From: Candidatus Omnitrophota bacterium
GTDB taxonomy: Bacteria > Omnitrophota > Gorgyraeia > Zapsychrales > JANLHA01
Length of the DNA stretch: 64,000 bases
Assembly (NCBI GenBank): GCA_029560465.1
Contig: JAKQKX010000045.1
Span: forward strand, 88,260-152,259
Direction: 5' to 3'
The position numbers were made by a program, and so were the translations under genes. The notes beneath the pieces were generated by a model. That model made no database searches, was not told the origin of the DNA, and saw nothing but the letters and a program-made list of their open reading frames with translations. Below are positions 40,398 to 49,936 of this stretch, in pieces. Numbering within the stretch: the first letter of the stretch is position 1; each line of letters starts with the position of its first letter.

Positions 40398-41855
40398 CTA
40401 TCCTTTAATATTCCCCACAGGGATAAAGCGGGCCACCCGTTTGCTGATCCCGGCCATCTCTGTCGCATCGGTAACGTCGTCAATATTTTTATACGCGGCG
40501 CCGGCTTCCTCTGCCAGGCCCTGCAAAGACGACGTGTTCACATAAATCCCTTTCACCCGCATCTGTTCGAGCAAGGCGCGGCCCTGGAACAGGCCGCGGG
40601 CTTTATGACGGCTCATCGTGCGCCCGCTGCCGTGCGCGGTCGAACAAAATGTCTCCGCGCTGCCTTCCACACCCGTTAACAGATACGAACCCGTTTCCAT
40701 GCTCCCGCCGATGATCACTGGCTGCCCGATTTTCCGGTAAACGTCAGGCAGGCCGGCCCTCCCCGGGCCAAACGCACGCGTCGACCCCTTCCGGTGCACC
40801 AGAAGTTCCTGGTCCCGCCCGTCAACCGGGTGTGTTTCCAATTTAGCGATATTATGAGCCACATCATAAATCTGCTGCATGCCGAGGTCCTCCGCCTTCT
40901 TTTGGAACACTTCAGAAAAGACCTCCCGGATCCGGTGCAAAATCACCTGGCGGTTGGCAAAAGCCATATTCACGGCGCATTTCATGGCGGAGAAATACGC
41001 CTGCCCTTCCTGCGAACGGAACGGCGCGCAGGACAGCTCCCGGTCAATCACATCCAACCCATATTTGCTTTTCATCACTTTTAAAAAAATCTGAAGATAA
41101 TCCGTGGCCACCTGGTGTCCAAACCCCCGGCTCCCGCAATGGAACATCACGACGACCTGATGGGGGATATTGAGGCCCAGGGCATCCGCGTATTCTTTAC
41201 AGAAAATATTTTCCGGCTTAAGGACCTGAATTTCAAGATAATGGTTCCCTGAACCCAAAGTCCCCACCTGTTGATATCCCCGGGAAACCGCTTTGTCGCT
41301 GACATCCCCGGAATCCGCGCCCCGCAGACAACCCGATTCTTCGGTTTTATCCAAATCATCCGGCCACCCCCATCCGCGGGCAACGCACCAGGAGGCGCCC
41401 TGTTCGACAAGACGCCGGAACTCTTTTTTAGAAACATCCAGATCACTCGCCCCGCCGACGCCGGAAGGGACTCGCTGAAACAGCCGGTCCACCAAGGCTT
41501 TCAACCGCGGCTGCACGTCCTCATACGTCAAGTTGGTCTTAACAAGACGCATGCCGCAATTAATGTCAAACCCGATCCCTCCGGGAGAAATAACGCCGTC
41601 ATCGGGGCGCATCGCCGCGACTCCGCCGATAGGGAACCCGTAACCCCAGTGGCCATCCGGCATGCAGAACGCGTATTTCTGGATACCCGGCAATTTGGCG
41701 ACGTTCGCCACCTGGTCAAAAACAACCGCCTCCATATTTCTCAGAAGGGCCTCTGTGGCATAAATCCGCGCCGGGACGTTCATGCCCGGGCTATGGTCTT
41801 GAGACAACTCCCAAACAGCCGGGGCGACTCTTTTTATATCTCGAGGTAACGGCAT
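40398..41855 (-). CDS. rtcB: RNA-splicing ligase RtcB (3'-phosphate/5'-hydroxy RNA ligase)
   Basis: FCMPDGHWGYGFPIGGVAAM and the downstream His/Cys metal ligands. The protein is 485 aa. Confidence 0.9.
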   Translation of the reverse strand: MPLPRDIKRVAPAVWELSQDHSPGMNVPARIYATEALLRNMEAVVFDQVANVAKLPGIQKYAFCMPDGHWGYGFPIGGVAAMRPDDGVISPGGIGFDINCGMRLVKTNLTYEDVQPRLKALVDRLFQRVPSGVGGASDLDVSKKEFRRLVEQGASWCVARGWGWPDDLDKTEESGCLRGADSGDVSDKAVSRGYQQVGTLGSGNHYLEIQVLKPENIFCKEYADALGLNIPHQVVVMFHCGSRGFGHQVATDYLQIFLKVMKSKYGLDVIDRELSCAPFRSQEGQAYFSAMKCAVNMAFANRQVILHRIREVFSEVFQKKAEDLGMQQIYDVAHNIAKLETHPVDGRDQELLVHRKGSTRAFGPGRAGLPDVYRKIGQPVIIGGSMETGSYLLTGVEGSAETFCSTAHGSGRTMSRHKARGLFQGRALLEQMRVKGIYVNTSSLQGLAEEAGAAYKNIDDVTDATEMAGISKRVARFIPVGNIKG

Positions 41856-41874
41856 CCTTCCTCCAACACGCCCG

Positions 41875-42105
41875 CTATAACTCCAGGGTTTCCGATGGTT
41901 TGTCCTTATCCCAATACCGGCATCTGGGTACCGTCGGAACCGCCCGGCTCACAAGCCTTTGGACCGGAGCGTTTCCCAAAGTCCCTCCCGGCTCAATCTG
42001 CGCCAGGAGGCAGACCGCGGCCCATGTTCCCAGGCGGACATCCATGGGGTGACGGACTTCAATGGTTTTGCCGTTCGTCGGGCAAAAATAATGATAAAAA
42101 GGCAT
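41875..42105 (-). CDS. Small FmdB-like zinc-ribbon-family protein in which both CxxC pairs are degenerate
   Basis: The N-terminus MPFYHYFCPTNGKTIEV resembles the FmdB MPxYEYxCxxCG...FE motif. It reads CPTNG where CxxCG is expected, and CLLAQ where the second CxxC is expected. Confidence 0.35.
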   Translation of the reverse strand: MPFYHYFCPTNGKTIEVRHPMDVRLGTWAAVCLLAQIEPGGTLGNAPVQRLVSRAVPTVPRCRYWDKDKPSETLEL

Positions 42106-42156
42106 ACTAGGGCTTCTGGCAGGTTTAAAATATTATAATCCGCGTCCATCGGACGC

Positions 42157-42660
42157 CTATGTCTTCTCAACCCCGCCGTGTTTATTAACTTTCCGTTTAT
42201 CAAAGCGGCCTGATTCGCAGGCCAGGACAAAACTTTCGCCGATACGCTTTAAATCTTCCCATTCTTTGCGGATAAACTGGGCCTCATCACAGGATATCCG
42301 TTTATCTTCTCCGTAAGACCTGGAGATCGCATCGAGGGTCTCTGAAAATTCTTTAATTAAAAGGTGGATATTATTCATGACACGGGAATCAATGTTAACC
42401 GCCTCATTCGGATTCTTCACGAAATATCCCTTCCCCAGCTGACACATCCATTGGATTAAATCCGGGTCTTCCGTAAGCTCATAAATTCTTTGAATCCGGT
42501 CTAATGGGTTAGACGCTCCGCTAGGCAACCAGGACTCCGGATCCTGGCTGTCTTGACACCATTTGTATACCAGAGACTGCGAGACATTAAGCTCCGCCGC
42601 CACTTTCTTGACCCCGACTTTCGATATCACCTGTTTTAAGACTTCAAATGATTTACGCAC
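42157..42660 (-). CDS. HTH DNA-binding protein with a phage-CII-like N-terminal region, of unknown function
   Basis: VISKVGVKKVAAELNVSQSLVYKWCQD resembles the CII/Cro-type HTH (...GTEKTAEAVGVDKSQISRWKRD). The remaining ~110 aa have no recognisable motif. Confidence 0.45.
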   Translation of the reverse strand: MRKSFEVLKQVISKVGVKKVAAELNVSQSLVYKWCQDSQDPESWLPSGASNPLDRIQRIYELTEDPDLIQWMCQLGKGYFVKNPNEAVNIDSRVMNNIHLLIKEFSETLDAISRSYGEDKRISCDEAQFIRKEWEDLKRIGESFVLACESGRFDKRKVNKHGGVEKT

Positions 42661-42723
42661 ACCAGCCTCCTCTCCAATTTAAGGATACTGAGCCGCCCCT
42701 CTGGCGTGAACGAAAAAAGCCCG

Positions 42724-45339
42724 CTAACCTTGAGCAAGAACCTGCTTAATGACAATATTCAATTCATCAAAATTGAAAGGTTTTGTCAACATCCCTTTAA
42801 ACCCGTATTTTTCATATTGCGACATAACCGGGTCATTAGAATACCCACTCGTTACGATCGCCTTGACGCGAGGATCAATCTTCTGGAGCTCCCGCAAAGT
42901 ATCTTTGCCTCCCATCCCTCCACGAACTGTTAAATCTAGAATAACCAGCAAAAAAAGTTGCCCCTGCGTCTTGGCCTCCCGGAACTTTTCGATCGCTTCC
43001 TCCCCGCTGGTCGTTAACACCACTTCAAATCCAAAACGGAATAAAAACTGCCCAAACATGCTCCTCACCACCGATTCGTCATCTAAAACCAAAACCCGTC
43101 CATGTCCCTGGACAATATCAAGGCTCATCGGGATATCCGGTTCCGTCTCCTGGCTCGTAGCCGGTAAATATATGTCAAAAGTCGTGCCCACATCCACTTG
43201 TGAGGACAACGTCATGTGGCCACCGTGTTTTTTGACAATGGAATAACTCCCTGCCAAGCCCAGCCCGTTTCCCATTGTTTTCGTTGTAAAAAACGGGGAG
43301 AAAATTTTCGGAAGGTTCTCCTCCGGAATGCCGACCCCTTCATCCTGAAAGGATATCAAAAGATACATCCCTTCCGGAATAGGGAGGTTATGTTCTTTTT
43401 GAACAAGGATGTTCTTGGCCGTAACCGTCAAATGCCCGCCCTTGGGCATAGCCTGAATGGCGTTGATCGTCAGGTTATGGAAAACCTGGCGGATCTGGCC
43501 GCCATCAATCTCTGCTGTCCAGAGTTCAGGCCCGACCTTATACGAACAAACAATATTGGACCCCCTTGAAACAAAATCAACAGACTCCTTAATCAACGGG
43601 CCGACCTTCATGACCTTCTTGATCGGAGCGCCCCCTTTCGAAAAAGCCAAAAGCTGTTGGGTCAACTGCTTGGCCTCCATGGACGTTTTTTCAACCTCCG
43701 TGAGCAGCTCAAACTCCTCGCTGTCCTGCGCCATCTTAAACTTTGCCAAGGAAACATTTCCGACAATCGACGTTAGGATATTATTAAAATCATGCGCGAT
43801 CCCTCCGGCCAGGACGCCAATTGTCTCCAGTTTCTGGACTTTATTGAGCTCTTCCCGAATTTTTTCTTCCGCGGTAACATCCTGTAAGACAACCACGATT
43901 CCAAGAAGGTCGCCGTTATTATCTTTGATCGGGGCCGCATTAAATATCACCATCTTAAGTTTACCCGTGGCGCTTCTTAAAACACGCCTACGGCCCCGAA
44001 CCGAAAAACGACTTTCTTTAATCAGTTCGAGATACGGATCCTCCCCGGGGCTGAATTGCATATCCTCAAAAGAAAAAATTTCTGTAAAATCTTTATTTTG
44101 CACGTCCCCTTGCGTCATGCCGCATAATTTCTCAGCCATTTCACTCAATAAAATCATTTTACCCCGAAGGTCCACAGTAATAACCGCATCCGTAATCGAA
44201 CGCAGTGTCACGGCCAGCCGCTCTTTCTCCGCCTCCAATTCTCCGCGTGAAAACCGCATTTTCCGGACCAGATCATTGAAACTGGCCGCCAAATCCCCGA
44301 CCTCATCGTTAGAACTGATTCTCACCGGACTGTTTAAATCACCGCTGGCAATGCGGGTAGAAGCCTCAACCAATTTTTTAATTGGGTCAACAATAGCCAT
44401 GCTTAACAAGGGCGACAGCATGATAACAGCCAAGCCGCCCCCGATTACAATCCATAAAGCGTGCTGTTTAATTTTAGTCCCTACAGCAAGTGCCTGCTGG
44501 CGGTCCTGAATAATACCGATGCGCCATCTCTGCCCGGGATAAGCGCTAAATCCGGGCATTGTGCTAAATGCGCAAACTTTAGGAACTCCCTTCATATCAG
44601 TAAATTCCCAAAACCCCTCCCTGGCCGCCAGAACTTTCTGCCTTAGATCTTCCGGCTCCAGATGATATAATAATTTTTTGTGTTCAGGATATTCCAGGAG
44701 ATGGCCCTGATCATCAACAACAAAAACATCCCCCCCGTATCCGACGGCTTTCTTGAGAACTAACTGGCTGATATTTTCCAGGCTCACTTGGCCGGTCACC
44801 AGAGCCCGCACAGTTCCATCATCACTAAAAATTGGCGCGGCGGTAATATAAATTAAACGGAACGGCATCATGGTCGCATGAACAGGAGAAACGGTCGCCT
44901 TTCCCTTCAGGGCATTATTAAGCCACTCCTGTCCTTTCCAGTCCCCCCGATATTCATCAGAGGTAGAAGCCAGGGCCTGCCCTTCTTTATCAACCAGCGT
45001 GATCTCGTCAAACAGGTTATAAAAATTTTTGATATGCTTAATATCCTTAACGATTTCTTCTTTAGAACTGAGACCGGAAAGGAGGTTAGGGGTTCTCGCC
45101 AGTGTTTCTGTCTGAATCAGCGTTAAGTCAATCAGGCTTTCAATCTGATTGCCGATAAGCTGCACATAAGTTATGAGCTTCGTCTTAGCTTCCTGCCGGA
45201 TATATTGTGCTACTATTTTATCTGTTATGAAATAAGCGGACAAAAAAGGGATTAATGACGCCAGCAGGAAGCAAAGCAAAATCTTAAAATCAAGGCTTAT
45301 CCGGTTCTTCATATTTACTCTTCCCCGGAACATTTTCAT
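42724..45339 (-). CDS. Hybrid sensor histidine kinase (TM - Cache-like - TM - HAMP - PAS - HisKA - HATPase - C-terminal REC). An alternative start lies at 45312.
   Basis: H-box GIAHDFNNIL. HATPase motifs DEGVGIP and GLGLAGSYSIV. C-terminal receiver VLVLDDESVVR...VILDLTVRGGMGG...KPF. Confidence 0.85.
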   Translation of the reverse strand: MKMFRGRVNMKNRISLDFKILLCFLLASLIPFLSAYFITDKIVAQYIRQEAKTKLITYVQLIGNQIESLIDLTLIQTETLARTPNLLSGLSSKEEIVKDIKHIKNFYNLFDEITLVDKEGQALASTSDEYRGDWKGQEWLNNALKGKATVSPVHATMMPFRLIYITAAPIFSDDGTVRALVTGQVSLENISQLVLKKAVGYGGDVFVVDDQGHLLEYPEHKKLLYHLEPEDLRQKVLAAREGFWEFTDMKGVPKVCAFSTMPGFSAYPGQRWRIGIIQDRQQALAVGTKIKQHALWIVIGGGLAVIMLSPLLSMAIVDPIKKLVEASTRIASGDLNSPVRISSNDEVGDLAASFNDLVRKMRFSRGELEAEKERLAVTLRSITDAVITVDLRGKMILLSEMAEKLCGMTQGDVQNKDFTEIFSFEDMQFSPGEDPYLELIKESRFSVRGRRRVLRSATGKLKMVIFNAAPIKDNNGDLLGIVVVLQDVTAEEKIREELNKVQKLETIGVLAGGIAHDFNNILTSIVGNVSLAKFKMAQDSEEFELLTEVEKTSMEAKQLTQQLLAFSKGGAPIKKVMKVGPLIKESVDFVSRGSNIVCSYKVGPELWTAEIDGGQIRQVFHNLTINAIQAMPKGGHLTVTAKNILVQKEHNLPIPEGMYLLISFQDEGVGIPEENLPKIFSPFFTTKTMGNGLGLAGSYSIVKKHGGHMTLSSQVDVGTTFDIYLPATSQETEPDIPMSLDIVQGHGRVLVLDDESVVRSMFGQFLFRFGFEVVLTTSGEEAIEKFREAKTQGQLFLLVILDLTVRGGMGGKDTLRELQKIDPRVKAIVTSGYSNDPVMSQYEKYGFKGMLTKPFNFDELNIVIKQVLAQG

Positions 45340-45458
45340 CCTGAAAGGAGGAGCCTTCCTGCAGGATAAAAATCCCGGACTTCAAGACGAGGCATGATAC
45401 TTTATTTATAAAATATTTTTTAAATAAATATTTATATTTATACTAACAGGAGAAAGAA

Positions 45459-45953
45459 ATGGCCTCAAGACAAAACCATAAAATTTCAGACTGTTATAAC
45501 CGGATTTTTATTTATGCTGTCTTGGCAACCGGGACATCCTTCAGGTATAATGGGATCATGCTCGTTATCCGGATTAAAACCCAAACACGTGAAGAAATTG
45601 TTGATATCACGGCAACCCTGCAGGATATCGTCAAAAAAGAACACTGGCAATCAGGAATCCTCACCCTGTATTCCCCGCACACAACCGCAGCCTTAAGCGT
45701 TAATGAAAATGCCGATCCGGACGTTAAAAGAGATTTGCTCTCCTTTTTAAAAGGAACCATTCCTCCGTCCCCTGATTTTAAGCACAGGGAAGGGAATTCT
45801 GACGCGCACATCAAGGGCGCATTAATCAATTTCTCACAAACTTTTCTTATAGAAAACAGCCGCATACAGTTGGGAACCTGGCAGGGGATCTTTTTCATGG
45901 AATTCGACGGACCGCGTTCCCGGGAAATATGGGTCAAATTCATCGCCGGATAG
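45459..45953 (+). CDS. yjbQ: YjbQ/UPF0047 family protein (secondary thiamine-phosphate synthase-like). The ORF start at 45459 has a strong RBS, but the conserved core begins at Met 45558.
   Basis: LVIRIKTQTREEIVDIT...ILTLYSPHTTAALSVNENADPDV...GNSDAHIKG is the YjbQ signature. AGGAGAAAGAA lies ahead of the 45459 ATG. Confidence 0.78.
   Translation: MASRQNHKISDCYNRIFIYAVLATGTSFRYNGIMLVIRIKTQTREEIVDITATLQDIVKKEHWQSGILTLYSPHTTAALSVNENADPDVKRDLLSFLKGTIPPSPDFKHREGNSDAHIKGALINFSQTFLIENSRIQLGTWQGIFFMEFDGPRSREIWVKFIAG
45522..45551 (+). promoter_or_regulatory. Candidate sigma70-like promoter (TTGGCA-18 nt-TATAAT). Its -10 ends 6 nt before the conserved YjbQ Met codon at 45558, which gives a possible leaderless start.
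   Basis: The sequence reads cTTGGCAaccgggacatccttcaggTATAATgggatcATG. Confidence 0.3.
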
Positions 45954-45957
45954 CCGG

Positions 45958-45993
45958 ACAAAAAAAGCAGGCCTTTTGAGGCCTGCTTTCTCT
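45958..45993. terminator. Bidirectional Rho-independent terminator between convergent yjbQ (+) and the ferredoxin gene (-)
   Basis: AAAAAAAGCAGGCC-TTTTGA-GGCCTGCTTTCTCT. Confidence 0.6.
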
Positions 45994-46016
45994 AATAATC
46001 ATCTTTTTGTCCTGAT

Positions 46017-46202
46017 TCACATGATCTTTATCGCTTCAACCGGGCAATCATCCGCCGCCTGCTGGCACAAATCTTCACATTCCTCCGGGACAAGATCAAC
46101 GGCGGCAACAGCAACGCCGTCATCCATCCGGAAAACTTCTTCACACGTCTGCGTGCACAATTCACACCCGGTGCACAAATCCTTATCAACCTCAGCTCTC
46201 AT
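46017..46202 (-). CDS. Small single-cluster ferredoxin
   Basis: 61 aa, with CTGCELCTQTCEE...CQQAADDCPVEAIKI. Confidence 0.8.
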   Translation of the reverse strand: MRAEVDKDLCTGCELCTQTCEEVFRMDDGVAVAAVDLVPEECEDLCQQAADDCPVEAIKIM

Positions 46203-46235
46203 GACAGCCTCCTTTTCTTGCCTTTTTCATCATGT

Positions 46236-46634
46236 TTACCCAACTTCTATGGAATGAGAACCTTGCCATAACCCATGGATATTACAATAACTCGAAGCGA
46301 CCAGCGTGCCGGGCTTCTCGGTCTTAAAACTCAAATGAGTTTCGTACTGAGTATACACCGTGCTGGTATCCGCTCCCGTGGTCGACGCGCCATGAGCGGA
46401 AAATTCCGTCCGGCCAATTTCAATGGGGAACTTTTCTCCCGCCGGGTGGAAAAGAACCGAGATCCAACTGATGTGATGGGCGGTTGTGTTGGGATGCGGA
46501 ATTTCTTTGCCGACGGTGACCGTCACGTTCACCGCTTCCCCCTTCTTAACTTTGGCCGGAGCCTGAAGCACCGGGACATGTTTCTCCTGTTTCCAATCAG
46601 CGGTTTGAAACAAATCCTTCATGTCTGTCATCAC
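46236..46634 (-). CDS. Superoxide reductase (desulfoferrodoxin/neelaredoxin-type, SOR)
   Basis: EKHVPV.., the His-rich ligand region HPNTTAHHISW, and CNIHGLW (the Cys ligand of Centre II). The protein is 132 aa. Confidence 0.85.
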   Translation of the reverse strand: MMTDMKDLFQTADWKQEKHVPVLQAPAKVKKGEAVNVTVTVGKEIPHPNTTAHHISWISVLFHPAGEKFPIEIGRTEFSAHGASTTGADTSTVYTQYETHLSFKTEKPGTLVASSYCNIHGLWQGSHSIEVG

Positions 46635-46754
46635 CCACCTCCTTTTTTAATCCGTCGCCCCCTGTTATCAAGAGGAAGACTATCAAGGCTTTTTCTAACA
46701 TGAGATACTATACACCATTTCAAAGCTCTTGTCTAACATCAACAGTAACCCAGG

Positions 46755-48680
46755 TTACCCCCGAAGCTGCCGTTCAGAATCCACAACATCGCGGTCAATG
46801 ATCCGGGCAAGCTTCCCGATCTGCTCTTTGGCCTGTTCCGATAAAGGCGTTTCCTGAAGTTCCCTCAAAACCTGCAGGACCATCCTGAAATACCGAACGA
46901 CCTCTCCTTCATCAGCATCACAATATTGTAAAATACGGTCAAAATCCTCTCCCTTAATCCACCCTTCCATGGCCTCGGCCAAGTGAAAATAACACATTTT
47001 ACTCAACGGGTTGATATCAGCCCGTTTTTCTATTTTATGGATCATTTTAATGGCGTCTGACGTGATCCTCTCCAGGACTTTCGCCTGCCCGCGCAGTTTG
47101 GGCTTTTTGGCGCCTTTACGCGGCTCGTAAACGACTGCGGCGCAAAGCACCCCAAGCTCCGTCAAAGAAAGTTTATCAAAAATCCCCCAGGCAAACAATT
47201 CCGAAAGCATCAATTCATAACCGTAAACCCGGCCTGCGAACAGCCCTTTCTCCGTCAATTCCTTTCCCCGGATATAGTTCATATCCTTGAGGACTTTCAT
47301 TTTCCTCTGGAGAAGGCGTATCGCCTTGCTCCGGGAAATTTTCTTCTCTTGATAAAAATGCAAAGAACGGGGATAAATATCCACCATATTGTCCTGATAC
47401 TGCTGAAACAAATTCAGGATGGTGGCATAAGACAAATTAAACCGGGAGGACACCTGTTCCGGCGTCTGATGGATCATATCATGCAAATTCCTGGGAGAAA
47501 CCTGGAAGGGATTAATCCGGCAAAACACGAACCCTTCGAGGTCAATGGAGCGCCGGCCAGCCCTTCCGGCCATCTGGTAAAAATCCCTCGTCTTCATGAT
47601 GCTGAAAGACCGCCCGTAAAACTTCCTCATCTCGTCAAAAACGACGGTCCGCGCGGGCATATTGATCCCGAGAGCAAAGGTCTCGGTCGTAAATATAACT
47701 TTTATCAACCGGCTCGTGAACAATCTCTCCACGACTTCCTTGAGAGTCGGCAGCATCCCGGCATGGTGATACGCAATCCCTCGCTCGACAAAAGGACGCA
47801 GTTTCGCGGCGCTTGTTTCCGCCGTGAGATCAAACCGCTCGCATAACCCATCATACGTCTCCCGGACGGCCTGCTCCTCCTGGCTGTCAAGAAAATTAAA
47901 ATGCTGCAGCTCTTCCGCCAAATATTCTGTCCGTTTGCGGCTGAACACAAAATAAATACAAGGCAACTGGCCCTTATCTTTCAGGTGTTTGACCAGGGTC
48001 GACAAACGGTTAGGTTTAACATCCAGCGGGCGCGGCCCCCCCCCCTGCCCGGGACGCGGGGATATGACGCCCCGATAGCCGTTCTTAACCAGTTTTTGAA
48101 AATCATCGTAAATTTCATTCTGGCACTGATAGAAAAAATGAAGAGGGACGGGGCGTTTATGTTCCTTCACAATCTTGACCGGCTTACCATGCACGCTCTC
48201 CATCCAGCGCCCCAGTTGCTCGATGTTGGGGACCGTGGCGGAAAGGCCGAGGATATTCATATGATCCGGCATAAGAATCAGGGCCTCTTCCCACACCGTT
48301 CCCCGCTCATAATCGTCAAGATAATGGATCTCATCAAAAATGACCCAGGAATAATCCCGGAGAGTCTTTTTGTCTTCGACGATCTTATTCCGGAAAATTT
48401 CTGTCGTCATAATAAGCGTGGAAGCATTGGGATTGATACTCACGTCACCGGTGAGGATACCGACAGAATCCTGGAACTGAGACTGAAAGTCCCGGTATTT
48501 CTGGTTAGAAAGGGCTTTAATAGGAGCGGTGTAAACGACTTTGCTCCCTTGCTGTAATGACCTCAATATCACATGTTCGGCAATCGCAGTCTTGCCCGCA
48601 CCCGTGGGGGCAGAAACCAAGACAGACTGCCCGGAATTAATGATGTCAATGGCTTTCTGCTGAAACGCATCGTATATCAT
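46755..48680 (-). CDS. Ski2/Lhr-like DEAD/DEAH-box superfamily-2 helicase. The start is taken at MIYDAF; the ORF is open back to 48779.
   Basis: Walker A APTGAGKT, DEIHYLDD (DEIH box), SATVPN, and HHAGMLP motifs. Confidence 0.8.
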   Translation of the reverse strand: MIYDAFQQKAIDIINSGQSVLVSAPTGAGKTAIAEHVILRSLQQGSKVVYTAPIKALSNQKYRDFQSQFQDSVGILTGDVSINPNASTLIMTTEIFRNKIVEDKKTLRDYSWVIFDEIHYLDDYERGTVWEEALILMPDHMNILGLSATVPNIEQLGRWMESVHGKPVKIVKEHKRPVPLHFFYQCQNEIYDDFQKLVKNGYRGVISPRPGQGGGPRPLDVKPNRLSTLVKHLKDKGQLPCIYFVFSRKRTEYLAEELQHFNFLDSQEEQAVRETYDGLCERFDLTAETSAAKLRPFVERGIAYHHAGMLPTLKEVVERLFTSRLIKVIFTTETFALGINMPARTVVFDEMRKFYGRSFSIMKTRDFYQMAGRAGRRSIDLEGFVFCRINPFQVSPRNLHDMIHQTPEQVSSRFNLSYATILNLFQQYQDNMVDIYPRSLHFYQEKKISRSKAIRLLQRKMKVLKDMNYIRGKELTEKGLFAGRVYGYELMLSELFAWGIFDKLSLTELGVLCAAVVYEPRKGAKKPKLRGQAKVLERITSDAIKMIHKIEKRADINPLSKMCYFHLAEAMEGWIKGEDFDRILQYCDADEGEVVRYFRMVLQVLRELQETPLSEQAKEQIGKLARIIDRDVVDSERQLRG

Positions 48681-48818
48681 GGCACCCCGGCATCCTTTCG
48701 GCCCAAAACATGAGTGGGAACACCCCCTGTTCTCATCGGCCCCCGTTCCCCCGCCTGCTGGCCAGCTTCTCTTAAACATCTTCCCGACAACAACGCATGA
48801 TACGAGGATCCCAGGATG

Positions 48819-49202
48819 TTATTCCGCGCATTTCTTCGCGACCAATGCGTTAATACGGTCGACCAGTTCGCTCATTTTAAAAGGTTTCGTAAAATAATCA
48901 CTGATGCCTTCCACCGCCATCGCGTCTTGTTTCGTTTCAAAAGACGTCAGGATAATGATCGGGGTGCGTTTAAAATCCCCAATCTTCTTAAATTCCGCGA
49001 TGAATTCAAACCCGTCCATCACGGGCATCTGGATATCCAAAACGATCACGTCGGGATGGGAACGCCAATACTTCTTGATTCCCTCCAGCCCGTGAGCCGC
49101 CGTTTCAACTTTATAGGAATGATTTATTAGGATCTTCTCAAGCAACCGTCGCGTGACTTCGTCATCATCAATGATTAAAATCGTTGCTTTAACGTCAAAC
49201 AT
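48819..49202 (-). CDS. Stand-alone response regulator receiver
   Basis: ILIIDDDEVTRRLL...VIVLDIQMPVMDG...KPF. The protein is 127 aa. Confidence 0.85.
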   Translation of the reverse strand: MFDVKATILIIDDDEVTRRLLEKILINHSYKVETAAHGLEGIKKYWRSHPDVIVLDIQMPVMDGFEFIAEFKKIGDFKRTPIIILTSFETKQDAMAVEGISDYFTKPFKMSELVDRINALVAKKCAE

Positions 49203-49452
49203 AGAGGGGTCCCGTCATGACAAGGGCCGGCAAGCCCGGATTTTTTATGTATTATAGCATCTCTTTTTCGAGGGGGAAGCAATTTATGCGCATTTCACGG
49301 GTTCCCCGGGACAAGTAACTTATGCAAAAAATAAAAAAAGCGTCCTCTCGGACACTTCATCACATCTTAAAAAGCAGAAACACAAAATGACAACAACTCA
49401 AAAATGCGCTAAAGGCCATTCCTCAAAACAAAATTCAATGGCAACAGGGCGT

Positions 49453-49662
49453 TTATCTGCGCCCCATTAACAGCTTTTCGGCTTCAAACCAATCAGACCA
49501 ATCGCTGCCGTGAGAACCACCCCGTTGCCGGAACAATTCATAAGCTTTCTTCTGAATATCTTCAGGAGAAATTCGGCTAAAACTGCTTCCGGACCGGGCC
49601 TGTTCAAACCGGTTGGATGTGCTGGTTCTTTGCTCCTTTTTTTTTCTTGTGACCGTTGCCAT
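49453..49662 (-). CDS. DUF2934-family small protein
   Basis: ISPEDIQKKAYELFRQRGGSHGSDWSDWFEAEKLL matches the DUF2934 consensus (IAxRAYEIWxxxGxxxGxDxxDWLxAEREL). The protein is 69 aa. Confidence 0.6.
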   Translation of the reverse strand: MATVTRKKKEQRTSTSNRFEQARSGSSFSRISPEDIQKKAYELFRQRGGSHGSDWSDWFEAEKLLMGRR

Positions 49663-49936
49663 TTATCAACTCCTTTCTAAAAAGAATTCTCTCTCGGGAA
49701 AATATAGCCCTCTTCTCAAAAGTCCAAAACAATGACCCCTGTTTTAACGATCTTTTTACCCGCTCTGCCCCCCGCCCAAAATTACCGTACGGGAGAAACC
49801 CTCGAAGCGTGCGCCCCTGGGCCCTCACGCAGACTCATAATATTTAAGATATCCCGGTTTGTCAACACAATTGCTTTCCAAAATAATGGGAGCCCATAAA
49901 TAACCCTAAAGGAAGCCAAGGACTCGGGACGAAGAT

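Noticed and set aside
42157-42660. Prophage remnant suggested by the CII-like HTH protein
   Set aside because: There is no integrase, terminase, capsid or other phage gene, and no att-like repeats or tRNA anywhere in the window. The HTH protein is more likely a chromosomal regulator.
43457-44509. 350-aa plus-strand ORF
   Set aside because: It is antisense within the hybrid histidine kinase gene. It is S/L/R-rich with no domain signatures. Shadow ORF.
49203-49452. Possible small RNA or ORF in the 250-bp gap, with a plus-oriented hairpin plus T-tract at about 49217-49245
   Set aside because: There is no plus-strand gene upstream for it to terminate, no convincing ORF, and no recognisable riboswitch consensus. 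It is noted only as an orphan hairpin.
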